Origin: Candidatus Latescibacterota bacterium
GTDB lineage: Bacteria > Latescibacterota > UBA2968 > UBA8231
Assembly (NCBI GenBank): GCA_965203355.1
Contig: OZ241889.1
Location: 2,848,001-2,912,000 of the forward strand
DNA length: 64,000 nucleotides
Reading direction: 5' to 3'
Within the stretch, counting starts at the first letter, position 1, and each line of letters begins with the position of its first letter. The notes under the pieces are model-generated. The model was not told the origin of the DNA, ran no database searches, and saw only the letters and a program-made list of their open reading frames with translations. A program made the position numbers and the translations under genes. Below, piece by piece: positions 55,009 through 64,000 of the stretch.

Positions 55009-55583
55009 TGAATACTACCTGCACGCCGCGCGCCTTTTAACAGGCGCTCAGAGTCGCGCAACTGCGCCGAGAGTTTCTCTATGACTTCGAGTAGGTCGGT
55101 CGAGATGGCTTGCGCCAAGCCGTCGAGGATCTTCAAGGCAAGCGGGAGATTGATATCTATGAGTTCGAGTAAGTCGGGGCGGCAAAAAACGAAGAGGCTA
55201 CAGGGCTGGACGGCGTAAGCTGAAGCAGGGCGCGGCGATTCATCAATAAGGGCATGGGCACCCAAAAGATCCCCCCGGGTTAAGGTGGCTAGCTGCTTCT
55301 CAAACCCGTCGTCGCCCTTCTGGACGATCCGCACTTGGCCGGAGGCGACGATGTACATCCCCATCCCGGGGTCTCCTTGGTTGATAATCACCTCACCAGC
55401 GCGCCAGTCTCGCGGCCCGTAGAGCATCTCTTCTATTTTGTGTAGTTCGCGCCCGCTTAGTTCCTGAAAAATGGGCACTTTCCGCAAGAGCTTGCAGGCG
55501 GCAGTCTCTTCTTCGTTGCGGCCGTTCCTTACGCGCTCTTGCAGACGACGAAAGACGTGTCGCCAGAGAGGATCAGACGACAT
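55005..55583 (-). CDS. Cyclic-nucleotide-binding domain protein
   Basis: LRKVPIFQEL, IINQGDPG..MYIV.SG.V, PRPASA; no HTH. Confidence 0.85.
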   Translation of the reverse strand: MSSDPLWRHVFRRLQERVRNGRNEEETAACKLLRKVPIFQELSGRELHKIEEMLYGPRDWRAGEVIINQGDPGMGMYIVASGQVRIVQKGDDGFEKQLATLTRGDLLGAHALIDESPRPASAYAVQPCSLFVFCRPDLLELIDINLPLALKILDGLAQAISTDLLEVIEKLSAQLRDSERLLKGARRAGSIQ

Positions 55584-55638
55584 GTGCTTAGCACTCCCGC
55601 TTAGACAAGCAAGGCCCCACACCCGTTCGTCCGCACAA

Positions 55639-55965
55639 TTAGGCCAAGGCGGCCTCTAGCTTTTCGGTGATTTGCCCTTTGGGGACGGCGCCAATGATCT
55701 GATCGGCGACTTTACCCTCTTTGAAAATGAGCAAGGTAGGGATGCTGCGGATGCCGAATTCAGCCGCTGTTTTCTGGGCCACGTCGACGTCCAATTTGCC
55801 CACTTTGGCCCGGCCTTCGTATTCGCTACTCAATTCTCGGACAATCGGCGCGATCATTCGGCACGGCCCGCACCACGTCGCCCAAAAATCCACGAGTACG
55901 GGCTGACTGGCATTGAGAACTTCGGCGCTGAAATTGTCATCGGTTAAGACGATAGGTTCGCTCAC
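55639..55965 (-). CDS. trxA: Thioredoxin
   Basis: VDFWATWCGPC, IRSIPTL. Confidence 0.96.
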   Translation of the reverse strand: MSEPIVLTDDNFSAEVLNASQPVLVDFWATWCGPCRMIAPIVRELSSEYEGRAKVGKLDVDVAQKTAAEFGIRSIPTLLIFKEGKVADQIIGAVPKGQITEKLEAALA

Positions 55966-56019
55966 GATACATCATCCTTAGTTTTTCGATTATAGTTGTG
56001 GCACTATCCATTGTCAAGC

Positions 56020-57039
56020 TCAGTCCTTCCTGCACAACTTGGTCACCAGCAGCTCCAAAACCAAATGCTCCTGGCGTCGTCCCTGCGATTTCAGACGCCA
56101 ATCGGCTTCGCTTAAGGCACTCAACCTCGCCCACAGCCAAGCGGTGGACCGACGCTGGGCCTGTTCCAAATACCCGGTCAGAAAGAATGGCGCAACCCCC
56201 AATTCAGCGGCCATTTTGTCGCGCGGTAGCGACTGATCCATTAGCCCTTTAGCCTTGAGCAAAAGCTGGAAGTGGCGGGAGACCATGGCTACGGCGCGAG
56301 TTGGCTCTTCGCCTTGGCTGAGAAACCGCTGCATCAGCTTTTGAGCGATCTTGCCCTGCCCTTTGCCGAGGGCATCGGCGAGTTCGAACACGCTAGCGCC
56401 GCGCGTAAGGCCAGCGACTTGTTCGACCGCAGAGGCGGTGATCGGCTGGCCCACCCCGACAAAACTGACCAACTTTTCTATCTCGCTGACTAGCTCCCTT
56501 GGCTTGGCCCCTACGTACTGGCTGAGTAGTTGGACAGCCGCAGACTCTATTTGCAATCCCTGACGCTTGGCGTAGCGCTGTATCCACTGCGGAACTTGGT
56601 TGTCGTAGGGGGGCCTAAATTCTAGCGCACACCCCTTGCGGCCCAGTTCGCGAAAAAACTTCCGCCGCATATCGACCTTTTGGCCGACAACGAGCAGCCG
56701 ACTGGTTTCCACCGGCTTTGCAAATACGCGCTCCAAGCCGCGACAGTGATCGGTCGTCAGAGCCTCGGCATCGCGCAGCACAATCAGCCGACTCTCGGCC
56801 ATCATGGGATAAGTCTCATAGACCTGAAAAAAATCTAGCACCTCTAGGCGTTCAGCCCTCAGTACGTCGAGATTAAAATCCCGCGTCTGAGCCGGCACCA
56901 AGGCTTCGATCATAGACGCGACTAAGGCTTCGCGCTCGTATTCCTCGTCCCCGTGCAGCAAATAAAAAGGCCGGACCTCTCCCTTGGCGATTTCGGCCAG
57001 TAGTGCAACGGGACTTATTCCTTTGGCTTTCTTAGCCAC
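56020..57039 (-). CDS. holA: DNA polymerase III delta subunit
   Basis: PFYLLHGDEEY, EIEKL, VFELADAL, AD.RLKS. Confidence 0.88.
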   Translation of the reverse strand: MAKKAKGISPVALLAEIAKGEVRPFYLLHGDEEYEREALVASMIEALVPAQTRDFNLDVLRAERLEVLDFFQVYETYPMMAESRLIVLRDAEALTTDHCRGLERVFAKPVETSRLLVVGQKVDMRRKFFRELGRKGCALEFRPPYDNQVPQWIQRYAKRQGLQIESAAVQLLSQYVGAKPRELVSEIEKLVSFVGVGQPITASAVEQVAGLTRGASVFELADALGKGQGKIAQKLMQRFLSQGEEPTRAVAMVSRHFQLLLKAKGLMDQSLPRDKMAAELGVAPFFLTGYLEQAQRRSTAWLWARLSALSEADWRLKSQGRRQEHLVLELLVTKLCRKD

Positions 57040-57235
57040 GATCGTTGCGTTCGACCTCTTCTTCGTCTTCTTCGTCCAATATGCTGTATTCGGCCTCGGT
57101 GACCCGGCTCGAATCAATGCTGCTGCGTTGGGTAGCCGCGCCGCGGCGAGGACCGCTTCTTAACTGCCGGTACACGGCGTAACACAGCAACACGATCGCC
57201 GTCGCCAGCAGCAATTTGAACAACGCGAATATCAT
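57032..57235 (-). CDS. Small single-TM protein
   Basis: AAGGGG RBS-like sequence, hydrophobic N-terminus, acidic tail VTEAEYSILDEEDEEE; overlaps holA start. Confidence 0.6.
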   Translation of the reverse strand: MIFALFKLLLATAIVLLCYAVYRQLRSGPRRGAATQRSSIDSSRVTEAEYSILDEEDEEEVERNDRG

Positions 57236-57274
57236 GGCTTGTTCACCCCTTTCTGCCATGCCGGAATTGAACGC

Positions 57275-57303
57275 AAAAAGCTCCCCCGGTTATCGGGGGA
57301 GCT
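57275..57303 (-). terminator. Intrinsic terminator
   Basis: AGCTCCCCCG / CGGGGGAGCT stem followed by a T run on the minus strand. Confidence 0.8.
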
Positions 57304-57332
57304 CTGCGCCGTGCAGCAAGCGGCAGACTCAA

Positions 57333-57788
57333 CTATTTTGAGGCTTCCCACTTAAGCGGGAAGGGTGCGGTCTTGCCAGCATCCTCCCATATTTTTTTTA
57401 AGTTGGCGTACACGGTGACAAATTCGTCTTCGACGACCGAAATGCTCTTTTGGGCATTGGGCACAAACGTCGGGAAGTCCGGCTCGACCAGCTTGCGCAT
57501 CGCCGCCTTCAAGGCCCGCTTCATTTTGTTGTTCAAAGCCCGGAGATACTTATCCTCTATCTCGACCTTCTCCAATTCGTCGTGCAAGGTCTGCATGATT
57601 TCCTTGACGTCGTGGGCCTGAGAGGTCATGCCCTCGGTCGTTAGGTACACCTGATAGCGCATTAGCTGTTGGCTATAGTTATCCAAGCTCTGCAAGGTCT
57701 GAATGTAAGGAGTCAGCTCATCTTTTTTACCTCCCCCGCAAGCCACAAGCCCAGTTACGAGCGCGGATAGGATTAGATTTTTGCTCAT
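57333..57788 (-). CDS. Hypothetical lipoprotein
   Basis: GGAGG RBS, LVAC lipobox, helical body. Confidence 0.75.
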   Translation of the reverse strand: MSKNLILSALVTGLVACGGGKKDELTPYIQTLQSLDNYSQQLMRYQVYLTTEGMTSQAHDVKEIMQTLHDELEKVEIEDKYLRALNNKMKRALKAAMRKLVEPDFPTFVPNAQKSISVVEDEFVTVYANLKKIWEDAGKTAPFPLKWEASK

Positions 57789-57832
57789 TGGTTCCTCCAT
57801 TTCCCAAAGACATTATTGCTGTAAGCCCCAAC

Positions 57833-58693
57833 CTAATAATCTGTTCGACAGGCGTCAAATGGATGGCGGCGGTGGTAGAGCACCGCGTTCAGTTCGCCGC
57901 CCAACAATAATGAAAAAGCCAGCAAGTACGCAGCCAGCAAGAGGATGATGGCAGTCCCGAGCACACCATAGACAATATTGTAATAACTGAACCGCTCGAT
58001 GTAATCCAAGGCAATGGCAATGACCCCGGCCAGCCCAGAAGACATCACACTCCCCGGCAACACGTCGAGCCAGCGCAGGCGCACGGCGGGCATGATGTAG
58101 TAAATACAGGCGGCCGTGGCGACCATGCCCATCACGACCACTGTGCGCCTCAACAAGGCCACCAACGGATAAAAGTGAGAGGAAATCCAATAGCCCCGCA
58201 GCCAACGCTCGACGTGTTCACCAAATAGGATGAGGTTAAAGAAAAAAACGAAAGAAATCCCTAAGACGACGATTAAGGCGAGCGAAAGAATGCGCCGCTT
58301 GTAAAAGGACCGATGCTCTTGCACACCGTAGGCTCGGTTGAGTGCCATCATCGTAGTGGACATGCTAGCCGACGCCGGCCAGATGACGCCCAAGAACCCG
58401 ACGACGAATAAACTTTGCGACGAGAGAAAGCTGATATTGTCTTCGACTACCTCCAGCAGCGGAACGGGGATGACAATGCCCAAAATTTCGAGCACTTTAA
58501 TGAAATCCTCGGACGATATGCCCAAGAATCCCAATAGGCCCGTTAGAACGAGAATGCCCGGAAAAATGGCAAATACAAAGTCAAAGGCCATGGCTGGAGC
58601 CGCAGTCGTACAATCATGGCGGTACGTCGCCACCACCGCATCGCGGCCAACAGCTAGGCAGAAGGCGGTCCATCTTCCAAGCGCGTCTATCAC
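57833..58693 (-). CDS. YihY/virulence factor BrkB family membrane protein
   Basis: FAIFP, ALNRAY, VLPG, YNIVYG.LG, GGELN; GTG start overlaps the hisN stop. Confidence 0.85.
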   Translation of the reverse strand: MIDALGRWTAFCLAVGRDAVVATYRHDCTTAAPAMAFDFVFAIFPGILVLTGLLGFLGISSEDFIKVLEILGIVIPVPLLEVVEDNISFLSSQSLFVVGFLGVIWPASASMSTTMMALNRAYGVQEHRSFYKRRILSLALIVVLGISFVFFFNLILFGEHVERWLRGYWISSHFYPLVALLRRTVVVMGMVATAACIYYIMPAVRLRWLDVLPGSVMSSGLAGVIAIALDYIERFSYYNIVYGVLGTAIILLLAAYLLAFSLLLGGELNAVLYHRRHPFDACRTDY

Positions 58694-59466
58694 GGCTGCT
58701 GACCCAGATGCTCCATGATGGACGCAAAGAGATGCCCGTTGGAAGAGAAGGCGTCTTTGCCGTATATCGTCGGCACCCCCTGCCAATCGGTAAAGGTGCC
58801 GCCAGCTTCCTGTAGAATCGGCAACAGGGGTCCGCAATCCCACGGATTCATAATGGGGTCAAAACTGGCCTCGGCTCGGCCGGTGGCCACGAGTATGTGG
58901 CCGTAACAATCGCCCCATCCCCGACGCAGCCGAGTGCTGGCGACTAGCTTCTGCCACTCCTGTTGGCGGCCTTGTTCGGCAAAGCTCGGCCATGACGTAT
59001 AGCAGATACAGGCCTGGCCTAACTCAGCTACCGAGGACACTGCCGCCCGCCGGCCATTCCACCAACAGCCCTCGCCCCTAGCGGCCCACACCATCTCGTC
59101 GAGGGCTGGCATATAGCAACAGCCTACATCAATCCCATCCGGCCCTTCCCGCGCGATGAGTACTCCGTAAAACGGTACGCCTTGGACAAAAGATTTAGTC
59201 CCGTCAATGGGATCAATAATCCAGCGCGTACCGGAGCTTCCCGCGACTTGGCCAAATTCCTCGCCGACAATGCCATCGTCGGGATAGGCTTTAGCCAACA
59301 AGTCCCGTATCTTGGCTTCGGCTTCGCGATCGGCAACGGTCACCGGTGATAGGTCTTCCTTCCTGTCGACTCGGACATCCGCTTGGAAGTAGCGCAAGGC
59401 GATCTTGCCCGCTTGCCAAGCCGCATCTACTGCAAAATCCAAGCCGTTCTGCAGCGACGCGCTCAA
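58690..59466 (-). CDS. hisN: Histidinol-phosphatase, inositol monophosphatase family
   Basis: SPVTVADREAE, GEE, WIIDPIDGTKSF, GDCYG, WD. Confidence 0.8.
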   Translation of the reverse strand: MSASLQNGLDFAVDAAWQAGKIALRYFQADVRVDRKEDLSPVTVADREAEAKIRDLLAKAYPDDGIVGEEFGQVAGSSGTRWIIDPIDGTKSFVQGVPFYGVLIAREGPDGIDVGCCYMPALDEMVWAARGEGCWWNGRRAAVSSVAELGQACICYTSWPSFAEQGRQQEWQKLVASTRLRRGWGDCYGHILVATGRAEASFDPIMNPWDCGPLLPILQEAGGTFTDWQGVPTIYGKDAFSSNGHLFASIMEHLGQQP

Positions 59467-60311
59467 CCCAAAATCTCTCGGCGTAGGTCGGTGAGTAGTT
59501 GGAGAGCCACGCGAATATCCCCGACTTGGTCCGGGGCGTATTCGCGCTCAATGGTCAGCGGCCCCTCATACCCTAAATCGCGTAACTTCAAAAGGAATGC
59601 CCGGATGTTGACGTCGCCTTGACCAAGTGGCGCGTCCTCATACCAAGGCTGGCCCGGGCAGCGCTCAATCGCAGCGTCTTTGCAGTGTACGCTGCGGACA
59701 AAGCACCCCACCTGATCCAATGCTTCTAGTGGTGGGCCGGCCTGATAGAGGATCATATTGGCCGGATCGAAATTGACCGCGAGATTCTGGCGATCGACCG
59801 CTTCGATAAAAGCGAGCAGTTCAGCGGCGGTTTCCTGACCGGTTTCTAGATGAAAATACTGGCCGTGCGCCCGACAGTGATCGCACACGGTACGCGCAAC
59901 TTCAACGACCGCGGAAAAATCCGGCTCCGACGCCTCCGGCACAAAACCCAAGTGCATACCAACGGCATCTACGCCTAGCGCAGCAGCAAAGTCCGCGATA
60001 GCCAGCGTCTCTTCGAGCCGGTGTTGCCGGTGCTCTAAAGGCACGAGCCCGACCGTTTGCTGGGCAATTTCCGGCGTGGTGTAATCATCGTCGGGAAAAC
60101 CGGCGAAAACCACGCTGATTTCAATCCCGGCCGCGGCGAATTGGGCCTTGATTTCCGCGGTTTTCCCTGCAGTGCGAAAATCGCGGCCCGGAGCGTGTAG
60201 ATGTACGGTGTCAACCCCTAGCTCCTTCACCGAATCCAAGCCGGCCCCTAAGCCCTCGTCGATCGAGGTAAATATGCCTGTTGCCCATTTATCCATTTCG
60301 GTTCTCTCCAT
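59463..60311 (-). CDS. Sugar phosphate isomerase/epimerase (xylose isomerase-like TIM barrel)
   Basis: LETGQE, NFDPAN, VHCKD, LTIERE. Confidence 0.85.
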   Translation of the reverse strand: MERTEMDKWATGIFTSIDEGLGAGLDSVKELGVDTVHLHAPGRDFRTAGKTAEIKAQFAAAGIEISVVFAGFPDDDYTTPEIAQQTVGLVPLEHRQHRLEETLAIADFAAALGVDAVGMHLGFVPEASEPDFSAVVEVARTVCDHCRAHGQYFHLETGQETAAELLAFIEAVDRQNLAVNFDPANMILYQAGPPLEALDQVGCFVRSVHCKDAAIERCPGQPWYEDAPLGQGDVNIRAFLLKLRDLGYEGPLTIEREYAPDQVGDIRVALQLLTDLRREILG

Positions 60312-60325
60312 TTGGTTGTAAATAA

Positions 60326-60363
60326 ACCAAAAGAGGGGACAGCCGAGCCATCCCCTCTTTGGT
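60326..60363. terminator. Intrinsic terminator
   Basis: ACCAAAAGAGGGGA...TCCCCTCTTTGGT inverted repeat. Confidence 0.75.
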
Positions 60364-60378
60364 AAATCGACGCGTCGC

Positions 60379-60534
60379 TTATCGCCTCGCGTCCCCTTCC
60401 TTTTCGTTGCGCCGCGTTCCCTCGGCTTGGGCAGCGTCCAAAACGGCCCGCACCCGCTGGCGAAAATTTTTGATCTGATCGTCTACCTCATCTATAGAAT
60501 TCAGCAGATCCTCCTCAACTGCATCTTCTGGCAT
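60379..60534 (-). CDS. Small 51-aa protein (below ORF-track cutoff)
   Basis: AGGAG-N6-ATG; MPEDAVEEDLLNSIDEVDDQIKNFRQRVRAVLDAAQAEGTRRNEKEGDARR; terminator follows. Confidence 0.6.
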   Translation of the reverse strand: MPEDAVEEDLLNSIDEVDDQIKNFRQRVRAVLDAAQAEGTRRNEKEGDARR

Positions 60535-60601
60535 GGCATACTCCTGCGACTATTGGGGAGCAGGGGAGCCTTGTGGGGGGGCATTTTCAAGCGCACACTG
60601 A

Positions 60602-61456
60602 CTAACTATAGGTGCGCAAGTGATCGCAGCGGCTGGGGTGGCGCAAGCGGTGCAGTGCTTTCTCCTTGATTTGCCGGACTCGCTCGCGCGTAAGCCCAAA
60701 GCGCATACCAATCTGGTCTAAGGTCATAGGCTCTTCCCCATTCAACCCAAAGTAGAGACGGAGAATCTCGGCCTCGCGCCCAATGAGCCTATTCAGAGCC
60801 GAGTCAATCTGCCCGCGCAGACAACCACGCATCACTTGGTTTTCAGGGGACTCTTGCCGCTCGTCTGGTAGCACGTCTAGCAGACTGTGCTCTTCTTCGC
60901 CGAGAAAGGGCGCGTCGAGCGACCTCACCGAGCGACTGCACATTAAGGTCTCCTTGACCTCTTCGACTGAAACATCGAGATGCTCGGCGATAGCTTCTGG
61001 GTGGGGGGCGTCGGTTCGCTTTTGCTGCAGGATACGGGACGCTTTGGATATCTTGTAGAGCAAACCGATCTTGTTCAGTGGCAGGCGGACCGTACGGGAC
61101 TGTTCAGCCAGCGTCTGTAAGATGGCTTGCCGGATCCACCAAACGGCATAGGAGATAAACTTGAAGCCCTTGTCTTCGTCAAAGCGCTCGGCAGCGGTGA
61201 TCAATCCCATGTTCCCAGCACTGACCAAATCTGCGAGAGGGACGCCGCGATTTTGGTATTCCTTTGCGACACTAACCACAAAGCGCAAATTCGCTTCGAC
61301 TAAGCGATTGCGTGCGTCCTCATCCCCTTGCTTGATTTTCCGCGCTAGATTGACCTCGTCGGCCGAGGAGAGTGGCTTGGATTGGGCAATTTCAGCCAGA
61401 TAACTCCCGAGGCAATCTTCCATATCCCAAAATGGAACTTTAGTCACACCGGCCAT
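60602..61456 (-). CDS. RNA polymerase sigma factor, RpoD/SigA family lacking region 1.1
   Basis: YLAEI, NLRFVVSVAK.Y, DLVSAGNMGL, KFISYAVWWIRQAI, TRERVRQI. Confidence 0.93.
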   Translation of the reverse strand: MAGVTKVPFWDMEDCLGSYLAEIAQSKPLSSADEVNLARKIKQGDEDARNRLVEANLRFVVSVAKEYQNRGVPLADLVSAGNMGLITAAERFDEDKGFKFISYAVWWIRQAILQTLAEQSRTVRLPLNKIGLLYKISKASRILQQKRTDAPHPEAIAEHLDVSVEEVKETLMCSRSVRSLDAPFLGEEEHSLLDVLPDERQESPENQVMRGCLRGQIDSALNRLIGREAEILRLYFGLNGEEPMTLDQIGMRFGLTRERVRQIKEKALHRLRHPSRCDHLRTYS

Positions 61457-61528
61457 GGAACCATCCTCTTCGTTTAGAGTGGGGAGGAAAAGGAAAGCTA
61501 CACGTGCTTCAAGCTAAAGATTGTTTAT

Positions 61529-61557
61529 AACTTAGCCGGGGGTACAAAACCTGTCAA
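61529..61557 (-). promoter_or_regulatory. Sigma70-type promoter for the sigma gene
   Basis: Minus strand TTGACA-N17-TAAGTT. Confidence 0.55.
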
Positions 61558-61575
61558 GCCATTTCTCCCAAACCC

Positions 61576-62289
61576 CTAAGCCTCCGTAAGTGCGCTTAAA
61601 ACAGACTGTTGTACTGCCAGTAGGTGCTTTGTGCCCACAGCCGCCAAGTCGAGTAAATCAATGGCCTGCGCACGGGTAAAGGGACGCCCCTCGGCCGTAC
61701 CTTGGACTTCGACGATCCCCCCCGAGCCGGTCATAACGACGTTCATATCGGTTTCGGCGCGGCTATCTTCCTCATAGCACAGATCTAATAGCAGCTGGTC
61801 CCTTACTACTCCAACGCTAACAGCGGCGACCTGATCTCCCAGTACAGTGCCTTGCCGCGTCTGCAACGCCTCGACCAAAGCCACATAAGCCCCTGTTATT
61901 GAGGCCGTTCGCGTACCGCCATCCGCCTGTATGACATCGCAGTCAACATACAGCGTCCGCTCGCCTATTTGCTCCAAATCCACGACCGATCGCAGCGACC
62001 GACCGATTAGGCGCTGAATTTCACGCGCCCGACTATTGGGTTCGCGGGCCACTCGACGTGTAGAAGACCCAGGGAGCATACTGTATTCCGCAGTCAGCCA
62101 GCCCTTGCCAGTTCCCACCAGAAAAGGCGGTACCCCATCAACGGACGACACGGTACAGAGCACCCTTGTATCGCCCATTTCGATCAGAGCCGATCCAGCC
62201 GCCGTTTTCAGGTACCCCGGGAAAATCTGCACCGGCCGCAATTGATCGGGCCGGCGTCCATCGCTGCGCTTCCAGTTCGTCTCACTCAT
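61576..62289 (-). CDS. rph: Ribonuclease PH
   Basis: [42 protein letters not shown]. Confidence 0.96.
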   Translation of the reverse strand: MSETNWKRSDGRRPDQLRPVQIFPGYLKTAAGSALIEMGDTRVLCTVSSVDGVPPFLVGTGKGWLTAEYSMLPGSSTRRVAREPNSRAREIQRLIGRSLRSVVDLEQIGERTLYVDCDVIQADGGTRTASITGAYVALVEALQTRQGTVLGDQVAAVSVGVVRDQLLLDLCYEEDSRAETDMNVVMTGSGGIVEVQGTAEGRPFTRAQAIDLLDLAAVGTKHLLAVQQSVLSALTEA

Positions 62290-63109
62290 TGAGATGCATC
62301 CGATAATCAGGACCGTCCATGGGGATCGGTTGGCACATCTCTACTAGGCGCGAATAGATGCGGCCTTTGGCTAGGTCCTTGAGTCCATCAAGGGGCTGAT
62401 TGGTGGTCACAACGGTGAATCGCTGGTCGCCGTAGCGGGCATCTACGAGATCGTAGAGCATTTCTATTTCCCATTCGGTCCCCCGCTGGATGCCGAAGTC
62501 ATCTAGGACGAGATAGGGCATATTGCACAACTCTTCGAGTATTGACCAAGTATGGCCATAGCGCTCGCTATCGGCTGAATAGGTATCGCGCAATTTCTGA
62601 AAGTACGTGCGCGACAGACTGAGAAAACGGCCCGGCTTGGTCCAGCGCAACATGAGTTCGTTGAGTGCAATACAGCCCATCAAGGTCTTACCCGTGCCGG
62701 GATTTCCGTGGAGAAGATAGCCGCGCTTAGGTGCTGCTGCTGCTTCGATCAGGTCTTGGTGAATGCGGAGATAGACTGTGGTCGCTAGGTCAATGGGTGT
62801 CCCGTCTGGTGCCGCTATTCGGAAATCATCGACAAACTTCCATTTGTAGCGTTCGGGGATATCGGCTTGGCGAAACAGGCGATTGGTTTCCGTCATTTTG
62901 CGGCGATAGGAACGGCAGGGACACCACTGGTTGCGCGAATCGTCGTCCCAGTACTGGTAGGGTGCCCGCCCCCCGCAGCGACACTCAACGCATTCGCAAA
63001 GCCGCAGCGTACCATAGCGTCCTACCTCGACTATCGGATCGTAGTACAGGCCCACTCCACGACACTTAGAACAGCGCGGCGCGGCCTGGTCAGACGCCGG
63101 CAAACTCAC
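62282..63109 (-). CDS. DnaC/IstB-like AAA+ ATPase with Cys-rich N-terminus
   Basis: CSKC...CEC..C.C...[37 protein letters not shown]. Confidence 0.85.
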   Translation of the reverse strand: MSLPASDQAAPRCSKCRGVGLYYDPIVEVGRYGTLRLCECVECRCGGRAPYQYWDDDSRNQWCPCRSYRRKMTETNRLFRQADIPERYKWKFVDDFRIAAPDGTPIDLATTVYLRIHQDLIEAAAAPKRGYLLHGNPGTGKTLMGCIALNELMLRWTKPGRFLSLSRTYFQKLRDTYSADSERYGHTWSILEELCNMPYLVLDDFGIQRGTEWEIEMLYDLVDARYGDQRFTVVTTNQPLDGLKDLAKGRIYSRLVEMCQPIPMDGPDYRMHLNE

Positions 63110-63585
63110 TGGTGGCGCTCCTTGAGGACCCGGGCGACATCGCGGTCGGCCTGGCGTTGAGCCAAAACCTGACGCTTGTCAAACTGCTTCTTGCCGCGGA
63201 CCAATGCCAATTCCACCTTAGCTCTGCCGCGTTTGAAATAGATCTTCAGCGGCACTAAGGTAAGGCCCTGTTGTTGCGTCCTCCCCGTCAGCTTGCGGAT
63301 TTCGTTGCGGTGCAAGAGCAATTTGCGTACGCGCTCTGGATCGTGATTGAAACTGTTGCCGCGCTCGTATTGGGCAATATGCACATTGTACAGGAAAATT
63401 TCGCCTCTTTCAACGAGAGCGAAGCTGTCCTTGAGGTTAGCACGCCCGGCGCGCAATGACTTGACCTCCGTACCGCGCAGGACAATGCCCGTCTCGTAGC
63501 GGCCCATCACCTCGTAGTCGTGCCGAGCTTTGCGATTTTGCACGACGATTGACTCGTGCTTGGAGCCGCTTTCCATTTTGGCCAT
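63106..63585 (-). CDS. smpB: SsrA-binding protein
   Basis: NRKARHDY, GTEVKSLR, RKLLLH, GKKQFDKR. Confidence 0.97.
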   Translation of the reverse strand: MAKMESGSKHESIVVQNRKARHDYEVMGRYETGIVLRGTEVKSLRAGRANLKDSFALVERGEIFLYNVHIAQYERGNSFNHDPERVRKLLLHRNEIRKLTGRTQQQGLTLVPLKIYFKRGRAKVELALVRGKKQFDKRQVLAQRQADRDVARVLKERHQ

Positions 63586-63614
63586 AACCGCCTTATTTCA
63601 CCAAAGAAACGGGC

Positions 63615-63643
63615 TTGACGACTGCAAGCCCTGCGCTTAATTT
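63615..63643 (+). promoter_or_regulatory. Sigma70-type promoter for tRNA-Leu
   Basis: TTGACG-N17-TAATTT just upstream of the tRNA. Confidence 0.6.
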
Positions 63644-63656
63644 TTGCCGTTCACTT

Positions 63657-63743
63657 GCCGAAGTGGCGAAATTGGTAGACGCGCATGGTTCAGGACCATG
63701 TGGGGGCAACCCCGTGGAGGTTCGAGTCCTCTCTTCGGCACCA
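63657..63743 (+). tRNA. tRNA-Leu(CAG)
   Basis: GCCGAAG acceptor stem, anticodon arm CATGG-TTCAGGA-CCATG, long variable arm, GGTTCGAGTCC, CCA. Confidence 0.96.
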
Positions 63744-63869
63744 TTTTTTCTTCTTTTTTGTCCCTAACTATTTAATCTACACGCCCCGTTCCAACCCGCG
63801 CAAGGGACTGCCTATACGCACAGCAACCCTTGCTTTCAACATGTACACCCCTCGCGAAAGGATTGTTCT

Positions 63870-64000
63870 ATGGCCCGCTTTCTGCACACCCGCATCCGCG
63901 TCGGCGATCTCGAACGCTCGATTGAATGGTATTGCACCCACCTCGGCTTTGAGGTGCGGAGCCGCTCCGATAAATCGCCCGCTGGCAATCAGGTCGTTCA
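63870..64000 (+). CDS. VOC/glyoxalase family protein (partial, runs off window)
   Basis: MARFLHTRIRVGDLERSIEWYCTHLGF. Confidence 0.8.
   Translation, partial: MARFLHTRIRVGDLERSIEWYCTHLGFEVRSRSDKSPAGNQVV

Noticed and set aside
62282-63109. IS21 element (IstB)
   Set aside because: No IstA transposase or terminal inverted repeats; translationally coupled to housekeeping genes.

Overview
Bacterial core-chromosome segment (about 55-60% GC, judged by eye), with most genes on the minus strand. It holds translation and RNA genes (leuS, asnS, valS, rimP-nusA-infB-DUF503-rbfA-truB-riboflavin kinase-rpsO-pnp, der, miaA, rqcH, epmA, rph, smpB, tRNA-Gly(CCC), tRNA-Leu(CAG)), plus mutL, holA, clpP/clpX, gcvT/gcvP, hemL, murQ, gmd, coaE and hisN. 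An accessory block of about 6 kb (29.9-36.1 kb) encodes an AAA-PDDEXK protein, two secreted proteins and an XRE regulator. The short RpoD-type sigma, a T9SS-CTD-like domain and a C-terminal WGxIK motif suggest an FCB-group lineage such as Latescibacterota (inference only). Main observations: (1) a lone Xer-type tyrosine recombinase preceded by a perfect 13-6-13 palindrome with the dif core ATAA-N6-TTAT, at an apparent GC-skew switch, a candidate single-recombinase dimer-resolution module; (2) the ribF position holds only the riboflavin kinase domain, and an archaeal RibL-type FAD synthase is encoded 25 kb away; (3) rimP appears to start at ATT behind a rimP-leader hairpin; (4) a lipoprotein with a 72-residue periodic poly-Asp tail; (5) unusual domain architectures (nested T9SS-CTD module, circularly permuted Ig insert in an AI-2E transporter, EpmA with an OB fold). 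All family calls come from motif recognition; no searches were run.
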